Source of the DNA: an uncultured Nitrososphaerota archaeon
GTDB taxonomy: Archaea; Thermoproteota; Nitrososphaeria; Nitrososphaerales; Gagatemarchaeaceae
DNA: 64,000 nt
Direction: 5' to 3'
Assembly: GCA_963838925.1 (NCBI GenBank)
Contig: CAWISW010000003.1
Span: 96,001-160,000, forward strand
Part shown: positions 55,840-64,000 of the stretch, piece by piece
Layout of the letters: every line of letters starts with the position of its first letter
Numbering within the stretch: position 1 is the stretch's first letter
Position numbers and translations under genes: made by a program
The notes under the pieces: generated by a model
What the model was told of the DNA's origin: nothing
The model's input: only the letters and a program-made list of their open reading frames with translations
Databases searched by the model: none

Positions 55840-56013
55840 CTGAACCACATAGCGAAGATCAGGTATGCGCACGGCGACGAATTGACCGACCTGCCAGGCG
55901 TGACCGGAATCGGGATGGGTAAGGACCACATAATCGTCTACGTCTCGGGCGAAGAGGTCGAGGTCCCCGGGATGCTGCAAGACGTCCAAGTAGTCAAGAT
56001 ACGCAGACGTTGA
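55840..56013 (+). CDS. Small protein or gene remnant resembling a serine-protease N-terminal domain (start uncertain)
   Basis: 'ELTDLPGVTGIGMG..IIVYV...VPGMLQDVQV'; no ATG before the motif, CTG at 55840. Confidence 0.35.
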   Translation: MNHIAKIRYAHGDELTDLPGVTGIGMGKDHIIVYVSGEEVEVPGMLQDVQVVKIRRR

Positions 56014-56027
56014 TTCCGAGGCGGGCA

Positions 56028-56522
56028 CTACTGGAGGATGCCTGCGGGACCCACCGCCGCTGACACCGTTGTCCCGTCCGTCAGGTATACCACCACTTGC
56101 CCGTTCGCCATTGGCGACGCGGTCCCCCCTACGTCCGGGATGCTCGCGCCGTTCTGGTCCTTGAATGGCGCGGGGACGGAGGCCACGATCGTGACGGAGG
56201 CGCCTGTGGCTTTGATCGTAGGGGTCGTTACGGTGTCGTTGATCTGGACAGACTTTATGTCGGCGACGGTGATGGTCGACCCCTGCCTCGCATCGAGGAC
56301 GATGGTGCATGTCATCGTGTTCCCTCCCGACTTGCACGAGCTCTGGATCGGGTCGACGTAGACGGTCTTGCTCGGGGTGGTGGGCAGGAGCGCGATGACG
56401 ACGGCGACGACGATGAGCACGGCGACGACGTAAGCGGCGCGCCTGATGTTCTGCTTCCTCCGCGCGGCGCGCGCTCGGTCCTCTGGAGAGTCGCCTATGG
56501 CATGCGGCTCTTCGAGCGTCAT
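56028..56522 (-). CDS. Hypothetical membrane-anchored protein
   Basis: Basic stretch, TM helix, beta-rich domain with a Cys pair. Confidence 0.7.
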   Translation of the reverse strand: MTLEEPHAIGDSPEDRARAARRKQNIRRAAYVVAVLIVVAVVIALLPTTPSKTVYVDPIQSSCKSGGNTMTCTIVLDARQGSTITVADIKSVQINDTVTTPTIKATGASVTIVASVPAPFKDQNGASIPDVGGTASPMANGQVVVYLTDGTTVSAAVGPAGILQ

Positions 56523-56756
56523 GGCCGAGAGAGGCAGAGGTGCGCCTCTCTTATGAACTCTCGGTTAGCGTCATTCTAACACAAGATGTCGAACTCCGTC
56601 CTGACGGAGGGGCCTTGGACACCAGTATTGTCGGGCGGCCCTCCGGCGTGGTCCGCCAATCGCCAGTCCTCGAATCGTCGTCTGCGTACCCTTACGAAAC
56701 CTGGTCTTCAGCAGAAATCCATAGCGTTAATATGACCGAACTCGCAATGTTTTCCC

Positions 56757-57533
56757 GTGTTTCCTACCAAGCCAAGGTACTATCCCCGAAACATCGGCGT
56801 CTCGTCGCCGCCGGGCGACAACGTCCATGAGTTCGTCGTGGTCTGGGAGCACGAGTTCGGCTCGCTCGCAAGGATACTGGACGTCTTCGCCAGGCACAAG
56901 GCGAAGGTGCTCCTGACGCACTCGCAGCTCGAGGCGCACACGCAGACGGTGGTCGGCACATACTTCTGCGACATGGCCCGCGCCGACCAATCGGTCGACA
57001 GTCTGCGGAGGGAGATCAAGGGGCTGAGCTTCGTCAAGGCGGTGGAGTCAGCGAGCGCCGAGCACTCCCTCTTCGACAAGTTCCTCTTCCCCATCACGGT
57101 CTGGGGAGCTGACAGGGTCATCGTGATGAGGCTGTACTCCCTGCTCAGCATCGAGAAGAGGCTGTCGGAGGAGCTTGGCTTTGCTGGGAGCGCGATAATG
57201 TTCAGGGAGGGCGAAGGATACGCCGCCGAGACCGCCAACCAGTACAGGAAGGCCCTACCAGGCGCGCCGGTCGAGTCGCTCCTGGAGAGCATGAAGGACG
57301 GCTTGCGCGCCATGGGGTGGGGGCTCTTCGAGTTCAAGGAGTCGAAGAACGGCTACGACGTGACGGTCCATGACTCGGCGATGCTGGAGGGCGCGACTGA
57401 GCCGAACAGGTTCCTCTGTGGGATAATCGCCGGGATCCTCGAATCGGTCCTGTCGGTGAAGATGAAGATCGTCGAGTCCAAGGTGGATGCCGAGAGCGGG
57501 ACCGTGTCAGTGAGGCTGTCGCAGACGCTCTAG
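56757..57533 (+). CDS. ACT + V4R-like small-molecule sensor protein
   Basis: 'GSLARILDVFARHKAKV' ACT-like; 'LRAMGWG', 'FLCGIIAGIL' V4R-like. Confidence 0.75.
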   Translation: MFPTKPRYYPRNIGVSSPPGDNVHEFVVVWEHEFGSLARILDVFARHKAKVLLTHSQLEAHTQTVVGTYFCDMARADQSVDSLRREIKGLSFVKAVESASAEHSLFDKFLFPITVWGADRVIVMRLYSLLSIEKRLSEELGFAGSAIMFREGEGYAAETANQYRKALPGAPVESLLESMKDGLRAMGWGLFEFKESKNGYDVTVHDSAMLEGATEPNRFLCGIIAGILESVLSVKMKIVESKVDAESGTVSVRLSQTL

Positions 57534-57534
57534 C

Positions 57535-57855
57535 TTACAGCGGACGGGCGTAGCCCTTGGTCGTGAGGTCGTAGGTCTTGCCGTAGGTCCTCGTCTCGCC
57601 CTTTGCGAGGACGGTTACCGTGATCCTTCCCTCCAGGAGGCTGATGAGCTCGTAGACCGCGCCGCACTTCGGGCACGGGAACTTCTTGCCCACCTCCTTC
57701 TCGAAGTTGTTGAGGGCTATCCTGGTCGTGAAGTTGCCGGAGCACTCCGCGCACACCAGGTTGGCGTCCTGTCCGGACCCTGTGGCCTTCGCGGGCTTTG
57801 CTGCCTTCGCCTGACGTTTCGCGGCCTGCTTCGGTTTCGACTTCTTGCTGGGCAA
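57535..57855 (-). CDS. Zinc-finger protein with basic N-terminal tail
   Basis: 'CAEC...CPKCG'. Confidence 0.7.
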   Translation of the reverse strand: MPSKKSKPKQAAKRQAKAAKPAKATGSGQDANLVCAECSGNFTTRIALNNFEKEVGKKFPCPKCGAVYELISLLEGRITVTVLAKGETRTYGKTYDLTTKGYARPL

Positions 57856-57932
57856 TCCGAACGCTCGGCGAGTGCCGCGTGGCGTATTTATTGATATTTC
57901 GTAAAACGGAGGCGCACAGCCGCAATACGCGG

Positions 57933-60119
57933 CTATGCCAAGAGGGCGGCCAGCTCGCTGGCCTGGTTCAGGAGGCTCTGCCCCTGGGATATCAGCGACG
58001 TGACTTGGCCGTCGTCGATGTGGTGGCCGTTCCCGAGGGCCGCGGACTGTAGTATCGCGTTCATCTGCGACGCGATCGTGTTGCGCTGGGTGCCCATTGA
58101 GGTGAGCTGCGCCTCGAGGCTTGCGTAGGTCGCGTCCCCTGGGGTGTTGCTCGCGAGCGCGTGCGTCGAGATCGCGAGCGTGCTGAGGCCGAACTGCCCG
58201 GTCGGGGCGTTGATCTGGTCGTACATCTGAGCTAGGCTGTTGAACTCATCCAGCTGGTTGGGGTCGTGGAGCGACTGCGGGAGGGCGTTGTTGGCGAACG
58301 CCTGGGCGATGATGTGCCCGTCGTAGGCGTAGTCGTCCGTGAGCCCTAGGAGCGCCATCATCGTCGGCCTGATGTCGGTGTGGTCGGTCCAGGTCACGGA
58401 GTCAAGGCCGCTGTTGGCGACCCCGGGGCCCGCCATCCCCAGCCAGGTCGTGGTTATCACGGGCTGGACGTCGCCGTGGTTCCAGGCGTACCCGGTGTCG
58501 AGGCAGACGTAATCAGTTGGAGTGCTGCAATAGGAAGAGCCGGTGTAGAGGTAATAGTCCGGGTTCGCAAAGTCGATGAATGTGGGAGTCCGCGCCGGGT
58601 CGGCCGTGACCATATGGAGGACGTTCAACTCTACCGGGTTTGCCATGTACTGAGTGATATGGTCGGTGGCGCCGCTGATCGGGTTGACCGCGGTGAGGTC
58701 GTCCATGGCCCTCTCAAAGCTCCTCGTGATCGTCGCCGTTGGGCTGGGGTTGGTCTGGAGGTAGAGGGCGGGTGCAGAGTCGAAGTGGGCGCTGAAGGGC
58801 GTCGTTATCCCTTGCTCGCTCGCGAGGAGGCCCGTCGAAGAGGTCGCCGCTAGGTCCGTGTCCACCTCGCCAACCTGGCTGTAGGTGCAGGGGATGGTGA
58901 CTCCGTCGCAGTTCGAGGGCGTCGGGAGCCCGCCCACGAAGTGGTCGTTCTCGTCGGCCGTTATGACGAAGAGGGTGTTCCTCGTGGTGATGCCGTCGTG
59001 CTGGAGCCTCGCGAAGAAGGTCGCGAAGGCCTGGTTGTACGCGGCGAGCTGCGCCACGTATCCGGCCTCGCCTGGCCCGTAGGCGTTGTAGGGGTAGGCG
59101 TGGTTGTCGTGAGCGTCAGAGATGTAGGCGTACGTCACCGGGACGCCGTGCTCCTGCATGTCCGCCACGTAGGAGAGCGCCTGCGAGGCCGTTATGCCGC
59201 CGAATCCTGGGAAGCCGACGTGACCGTTCCCGTCGGTGATGACGTTGCCGCTAAGGTCCGTCATCGGCTGGCCGTTGTTGATCACCGGCGCCACGTACTT
59301 GTTGCCGAAGAGCGCGTTGTAGCCCGTGTATCCTCCAGGCTCGTTGGGGAGCACGTCCGGGACGCCGCCGTTCGCTGTCGAGCAGACCGCGTTGCCTGCG
59401 GCGCAATGGACCGAGATTCCCTCGAAGTCCGCCACGGCCTGGTAGTAGTTCGAGGCAGCCTCCGCGGCCTGTGGGGAGGTCGCGCCATAGACGGTGTTGA
59501 TGTCCGACCCGACGTTCTCCAGCTCGAGGTCGGCGGTCGCGACCGCGCCGACGTTGCATCCGGCCTCGGTGAAGGGCACCCAGGGTGCTGGTGCGTTCTT
59601 TCCTGTAGCAGTCAGAAGGTTGTAATTGCTGTCCGTCCCGCCCACCTTGTCAGTCCAGTAGGTGAACGACGAGGCGAAGCTCACAGTCCCGGTGGGGTTG
59701 AAGTAGCCGTAGCTGTTCGAGACCGCCTCGCCCAGGTTGTTGGGGTAGACGCCCGTGAGGGAGGTCAGGATGTCGTCCGCCGTGTGGGAGATGAGCGGCG
59801 TCTGCTGGTTCGCGAACAGGATGCCGTTCTGCTCCATGAAGTTCAGGAGCGCGGGCATCTGCTGGAGGTCGGAGGGGACGTTCGGGTTGTCCCGCGTGAG
59901 GTGAAGGTTGTCGAACTGGATGTAGATCACGTGCTGGATGTTTCCCTGCGCGGCGTCCAGGTTGCAGCCCCCGTTGTTCTGTCCGCCGTTCCCGTTCCCA
60001 TTGCCATAATCTGCGAAAACCGAAGGTATCGTCAAGGTCCCGCTGATGAAGGAGAGAGCCAACAGCGCTCCGATCACCAAGGCGCTTAAACCAATAGTTG
60101 TCCTGCCTTTCGAATTCAT
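57933..60119 (-). CDS. Secreted alkaline-phosphatase-superfamily-like protein
   Basis: Signal peptide; 'QHVIYIQFDN', 'SHTA', 'DAHD', 'TLFVITADENDH', 'NHG', 'DIRPT'. Confidence 0.7.
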   Translation of the reverse strand: MNSKGRTTIGLSALVIGALLALSFISGTLTIPSVFADYGNGNGNGGQNNGGCNLDAAQGNIQHVIYIQFDNLHLTRDNPNVPSDLQQMPALLNFMEQNGILFANQQTPLISHTADDILTSLTGVYPNNLGEAVSNSYGYFNPTGTVSFASSFTYWTDKVGGTDSNYNLLTATGKNAPAPWVPFTEAGCNVGAVATADLELENVGSDINTVYGATSPQAAEAASNYYQAVADFEGISVHCAAGNAVCSTANGGVPDVLPNEPGGYTGYNALFGNKYVAPVINNGQPMTDLSGNVITDGNGHVGFPGFGGITASQALSYVADMQEHGVPVTYAYISDAHDNHAYPYNAYGPGEAGYVAQLAAYNQAFATFFARLQHDGITTRNTLFVITADENDHFVGGLPTPSNCDGVTIPCTYSQVGEVDTDLAATSSTGLLASEQGITTPFSAHFDSAPALYLQTNPSPTATITRSFERAMDDLTAVNPISGATDHITQYMANPVELNVLHMVTADPARTPTFIDFANPDYYLYTGSSYCSTPTDYVCLDTGYAWNHGDVQPVITTTWLGMAGPGVANSGLDSVTWTDHTDIRPTMMALLGLTDDYAYDGHIIAQAFANNALPQSLHDPNQLDEFNSLAQMYDQINAPTGQFGLSTLAISTHALASNTPGDATYASLEAQLTSMGTQRNTIASQMNAILQSAALGNGHHIDDGQVTSLISQGQSLLNQASELAALLA

Positions 60120-60298
60120 TGCTCGCCGATTCTCTCAAATCGAATTTAGCCCTAATCGAAATCGTCTCTGTCGCCACCTTCCGGGGAAGTGACTAGCGGC
60201 GCCCTACATACCGAAAGTGATGTATTGTGATGCCCTAGGTGGGGTCACCGATACCTACTTAGTAGCACTTTACTACTGCGTTTATTAGGCTCCGTGCG

Positions 60299-61381
60299 AT
60301 GATGGAAGGCATGACAAACATCTCGGGTCTTGTCAAGGGCCTGCATCACATTAGCCTCGTAACAACCGACCAGGAGCTCAACAGGAGGTTCTACACGGAG
60401 ATCCTCGGTCTCAGGCGCGTCAAGCTCACCGTGAACCAAAACGACCCGTACCACCGCCACCTCTTCTACGCGGACGAGAAGGGGACGACTGGGACGGCGA
60501 TAACCTTCTTCGAGTGGCCTGAGCTCCCGCGCGGCTACGTCGGGCTCGGCTCTCCTCACCACCTTTCGTACTCGGTGAAGAGCGTGGACTCGCTCCCGAG
60601 GTGGGCCGCCTGGCTCGGGTCGAGGGGCGTCAGCGTTGCTGGCCCCTTCACGAGGGACGACAGGATTTCGCTATACCTGAGGGACCCGGACGGGGTCCTA
60701 GTCGAGATCACGGCGAAGAACACAGAGGGAGTCTCGCTCGACTATTTGCGCCAGCTCAGCGTCGGCGACGTAGGCGGGGTGACGCCGGACATGAAGCTAG
60801 TCAAGTTCGACCACGCCTCGCCTCTCTCGAGCGACTCCAACGTCACGCACAAGTTCCTCGAGAACCTCGTGGGCCTCGAGAGCTTCTCGGAGCGCGCGAA
60901 CCCTGACCAGGCGGGGACTTCTCTCGCTGAGGTTGGGAGCGGCGACAACCCGGGCTTCCTGAAGTACCTGACAGCGCCCGACGCCAAGACGGGCATGGTC
61001 GGGAAGGGGAACATCCACCACATCGCGGTGGCCGTGGAGGAGGACGAGGACCAGCTGAAGATAAAGCGCAAGCTCGACGACGCGGGCATCAGGAACTCGG
61101 GGGTCATCGACCGGTTCTGGTTCAAGTCGCTCTACTTCAGGGACCCTGACTACAACCTGCTGGAGATCGCCACGAAGAGGCCAGGATACGGGGTCGACGA
61201 AGCTCCCGACAAGCTGGGGACGTCCCTAGTGCTGCCCCAGTGGCTGGAGGGCTCCCGCCCGAAGATAGAGGCGGAGCTGAGGCAGACCGACCTCCAGGGC
61301 TCTCGAATATGGCCTCCGAGATACGAACCAGTCCCATCACCCCCCGAGAGCCTTCCCGCGAGGATGCGAGAAGATGACTGA
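60299..61381 (+). CDS. Ring-cleaving dioxygenase, VOC family (MhqO/MhqA-like)
   Basis: 'GLHHI', 'VK.TVNQ.DP...HLFY', 'ITFF', 'IHHIA', 'DRFWFKSLYFR.P...LEIAT..PG'. Confidence 0.9.
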   Translation: MMEGMTNISGLVKGLHHISLVTTDQELNRRFYTEILGLRRVKLTVNQNDPYHRHLFYADEKGTTGTAITFFEWPELPRGYVGLGSPHHLSYSVKSVDSLPRWAAWLGSRGVSVAGPFTRDDRISLYLRDPDGVLVEITAKNTEGVSLDYLRQLSVGDVGGVTPDMKLVKFDHASPLSSDSNVTHKFLENLVGLESFSERANPDQAGTSLAEVGSGDNPGFLKYLTAPDAKTGMVGKGNIHHIAVAVEEDEDQLKIKRKLDDAGIRNSGVIDRFWFKSLYFRDPDYNLLEIATKRPGYGVDEAPDKLGTSLVLPQWLEGSRPKIEAELRQTDLQGSRIWPPRYEPVPSPPESLPARMREDD

Positions 61382-62024
61382 CCTCGGTTTCGTCCACAAG
61401 TTCGTGCGGTCCCCCACCGACTCGACCCTCACCCTGCTTCTATTGCACGGCACGGGAGGGAACGAGACCGACCTGCTCCAGCTGGGGCGAGACCTCTCGC
61501 CGCACGCGGCCCTACTGAGCCCGCGAGGCAGGGTGCTGGAGAACGGCATGCCCCGCTTCTTTCGAAGGCTGGGCGAGGGGATATTCGACATCAACGACCT
61601 CACCGAGCAGACGCACGCGCTCGCGCGCTTCATCGTAGACGCTTCAGAGAGCTACGACGTCAGGCCCGACAAGGTGGTCGCCGTGGGATACTCGAACGGC
61701 GCTAACATTGCCGGAAGCACGCTGATCCTCCACCCCGAGGTGCTCGCCGGGGCGGTCTTGATCCGCCCGATGGTCCCGTTCGTCCCCGATGCCATGCCGC
61801 GGCTCACCGGGAAGCCCATCCTCATCCTGGCGGGGAGGCGCGACAGCACGGTCACGAGGGAGGAGACGGAGAGGCTCGCGGAACTCTTGAAGCGCGCGGA
61901 CGCAGACATCACCCTGAACTGGGCAGACGCCACCCACGGGATATCCGGCCAGGAATTGAAGGTTGGGAAAGAATGGCTGGCCGCCAAGTTCACAGAAGAC
62001 GAGTTCGCTCTCAAGAAGCGATAG
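61374..62024 (+). CDS. Alpha/beta hydrolase (MhqD-like carboxylesterase)
   Basis: 'LLHGTGGNE', 'ENGMPRFFRR', 'GYSNGANIA'; 8-nt overlap with the dioxygenase gene. Confidence 0.92.
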   Translation: MTDLGFVHKFVRSPTDSTLTLLLLHGTGGNETDLLQLGRDLSPHAALLSPRGRVLENGMPRFFRRLGEGIFDINDLTEQTHALARFIVDASESYDVRPDKVVAVGYSNGANIAGSTLILHPEVLAGAVLIRPMVPFVPDAMPRLTGKPILILAGRRDSTVTREETERLAELLKRADADITLNWADATHGISGQELKVGKEWLAAKFTEDEFALKKR

Positions 62025-62233
62025 GCCCGAGGTCAGGGGGCGGTTTCTGACCTCCGAGGTCCGCCCCCCAACTCGCCTAACTTCGATAGCGGCGCCAAAT
62101 CCGGACTGCCCCCGAATAACGCTTGTCGATGGACAGTATTGGGCTACCATACTCGAAAGCGCGGAATAGAACGGCGGTCGAATGCGTTCATTAGCCAGCG
62201 GAGGGGTCCGGTCTCTATGAGGTCAAGTTCGAG

Positions 62234-62861
62234 ATGGGGCTCAAGGAATGGATCATCCCACAAGACAAGGTCTTCTACGACCTCCTCGAAAGGGAATCGG
62301 CCAACATCGTAGTCGGGGCCCACAAGCTCGAGCAGGCAATCAGGACCTTCGACAACCTCGAGCGGCGGAGGGCGGAGTTCAAGGACATAGAGCACGCTGG
62401 CGACAAGCTCGTCCGCGAGATCTACGAGAGGATGTCGGAGAGCTTCATCACGCCCATCGACAGGCAGGACATCGCGAAGCTGGCGTCCCTGTACGACGAC
62501 GTGCTCGACCTGAGCTACTCCGTGATCAACAGGATCTTCCTCTTCGAGATCGAGGAGCCCACCCGGGCGATGGTGAGGTTCGCAGAGCTGGTCAGGGAGT
62601 CAGTTGATGAGATCGAGCTCATCTTCGTCTCGATGCGGAGGATGAACAAGGAGGAGATAGACAAGCGCCTCGTGAGGGTGGACTGGCTGGAGGCGGAAGC
62701 GGACTCGCTCCTGAACGACGAGCTCGCCTCGCTCTTCAAGGAAAGGGGACGTCCTCAGGATCCTGAAGCTGAAGGAGGTCTACGAGTACCTGGAGATGGT
62801 GACGGACAAGTGCGCGGACGTGGGCCTTGCCCTCAGGGACATGATGCTGATGCACTCGTAA
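62234..62861 (+). pseudogene. DUF47/PhoU-like phosphate transport regulator with a 1-nt frameshift near 62745
   Basis: 'IEHAGD', 'FITPIDRQDI', 'LE.EAD'; conserved tail 'ILKLKEVYEYLEMVTDKCADV...' lies in another frame ending TAA at 62861. Confidence 0.75.
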
Positions 62862-62869
62862 GGGCCGCC

Positions 62870-63862
62870 TTGTCAATCACGCCGCTGGTCCTGGCCGCGA
62901 TGGCCATGGCCTACTCGTTCGACTTCTTCAACGGCCTGCACGACGCCCCGAACTCGATCTCTACCGTCATCTCCACGCGCGTCCTGTCCCCCGGCACGGC
63001 CGTCATGATGGCTGGCTTCTTCAACCTCGTCGCGTTCCTCGTCATCGGGACCGCCGTCGCCCAGACGATAGGGGAGGGGATCGTCAGGCCGGAGGTTTTG
63101 GACGTCCGCGTCATCCTCGCGGCGCTCGTGGGCGCGATCGCCTTGGGGCTGGCCTCTTGGCGGCTCGAACTCCCGACCAGCTCGTCCCACGCGCTCATCG
63201 GAGGGCTTGTCGGCGCCGCGGTCGCGAAGGGGGGATTCGGCTCCCTCCAGGGCCCGGGGCTCGAGGTGGTCGTGCTCTTCATGTTCCTCTCCCCGATCCT
63301 GGGGTTCGTGGGCGCCGCCTCCATAATGGCCCTCGTCGTCAGGGTCTTCGCCAGGCGGCCGCAGAGTGACGTCCACAGGCAGTTCAGGAGGCTGCAGGTC
63401 GTCTCGTCGAGCCTGGTCAGCCTCAGCCACGGCGGAAACGACGGGCAGAAGACGATGGGGATAGTGGCCGCCCTCCTGGTAGCGAGCGGGAACCTGCCCG
63501 GCTTCAGCCTGCCCCTCTGGATCATCCTGTCCGCGCAGCTGACCATCGCGCTGGGCACGGTCTTCGGGGGCTGGGGCGTGGTGAGGACGATAGGGTCGAG
63601 GCTGACCAAGATGGACCCGGTGCGCGGCGTCTCGATAGAGACCTCTGCTGCCGCTGTGATCATCGCCTGCTCCCTGGTCGGAATCCCGGTGAGCACGACC
63701 CACTGCGTCAGCGGCGCCGTGATGGGCTCGGGCGCGACGATGGGCGCCTCGAGGGTGAGATGGAACGTCGCAAGGAGCATCGGCGTCGCGTGGGTGCTCA
63801 CCGTCCCGGTCGCGGCGCTGATAGCGGGGGCCGCCTACCTGCTGACCTCGCCGCTCATGTGA
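62870..63862 (+). CDS. Inorganic phosphate transporter, PiT family
   Basis: 'NGLHDAPNSI', 'PTSSSHALIGG', 'HGGNDGQK', 'PVSTTH'; TTG at 62870. Confidence 0.92.
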   Translation: MSITPLVLAAMAMAYSFDFFNGLHDAPNSISTVISTRVLSPGTAVMMAGFFNLVAFLVIGTAVAQTIGEGIVRPEVLDVRVILAALVGAIALGLASWRLELPTSSSHALIGGLVGAAVAKGGFGSLQGPGLEVVVLFMFLSPILGFVGAASIMALVVRVFARRPQSDVHRQFRRLQVVSSSLVSLSHGGNDGQKTMGIVAALLVASGNLPGFSLPLWIILSAQLTIALGTVFGGWGVVRTIGSRLTKMDPVRGVSIETSAAAVIIACSLVGIPVSTTHCVSGAVMGSGATMGASRVRWNVARSIGVAWVLTVPVAALIAGAAYLLTSPLM

Positions 63863-63919
63863 GTGAAAGTGCTCGCGAGCTTAAATCCGCAGCACGCCCG
63901 ACCGACAACCTCCTAGCAA

Positions 63920-64000
63920 ATGAAGTTCTGTCCCAACTGCGGCAAGCGCCTGAGGCTCCTCACGGGGAGGTCTAGTGGCCAGGCGATCTGCCCTAGCTGC
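63920..64000 (+). CDS. Transcription factor S/RpoM-like zinc-ribbon protein, N-terminus (truncated by window end)
   Basis: MKFCPNCGKRL...ICPSC; CTTAAAT box upstream. Confidence 0.65.
   Translation, partial: MKFCPNCGKRLRLLTGRSSGQAICPSC

Overview
GC-rich archaeal chromosome segment. CdvA, PriL/PriX, DUF2153, an AbrB-PhoU regulator, TFS, TATA boxes about 25-30 nt upstream of leaderless starts and frequent TTG/GTG starts suggest a TACK archaeon, probably a non-ammonia-oxidising Nitrososphaerota (inference). The first ~32 kb is heterotrophic uptake and oxidation: two FbpABC-type ABC systems with extra binding proteins, a split xanthine-dehydrogenase/Cox-family molybdoenzyme with MOSC and GidA-like flavoprotein genes, a MacB/LolCDE-type ABC pair, an atypical PQQ-propeller protein, a GlcD-like oxidoreductase and a BadF-family kinase. 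The second half is housekeeping and hypothetical genes. The standout is a tight three-gene cluster at 47925-50163: a highly divergent Ku-like protein, a minimal ATP-dependent DNA ligase and a minimal ASFV-sized PolX with an altered active site. This is a candidate archaeal NHEJ module that uses PolX instead of a LigD-type primase-polymerase. Also present are a 370-aa LAGLIDADG intein in dCMP deaminase, an Fe-S-free PriL-PriX fusion, a degenerate P-II, several microproteins missed by the ORF track, and three single-base frameshifts. I recognised no rRNA, tRNA, CRISPR array or transposase. All family calls come from motif recognition by eye, not database searches.
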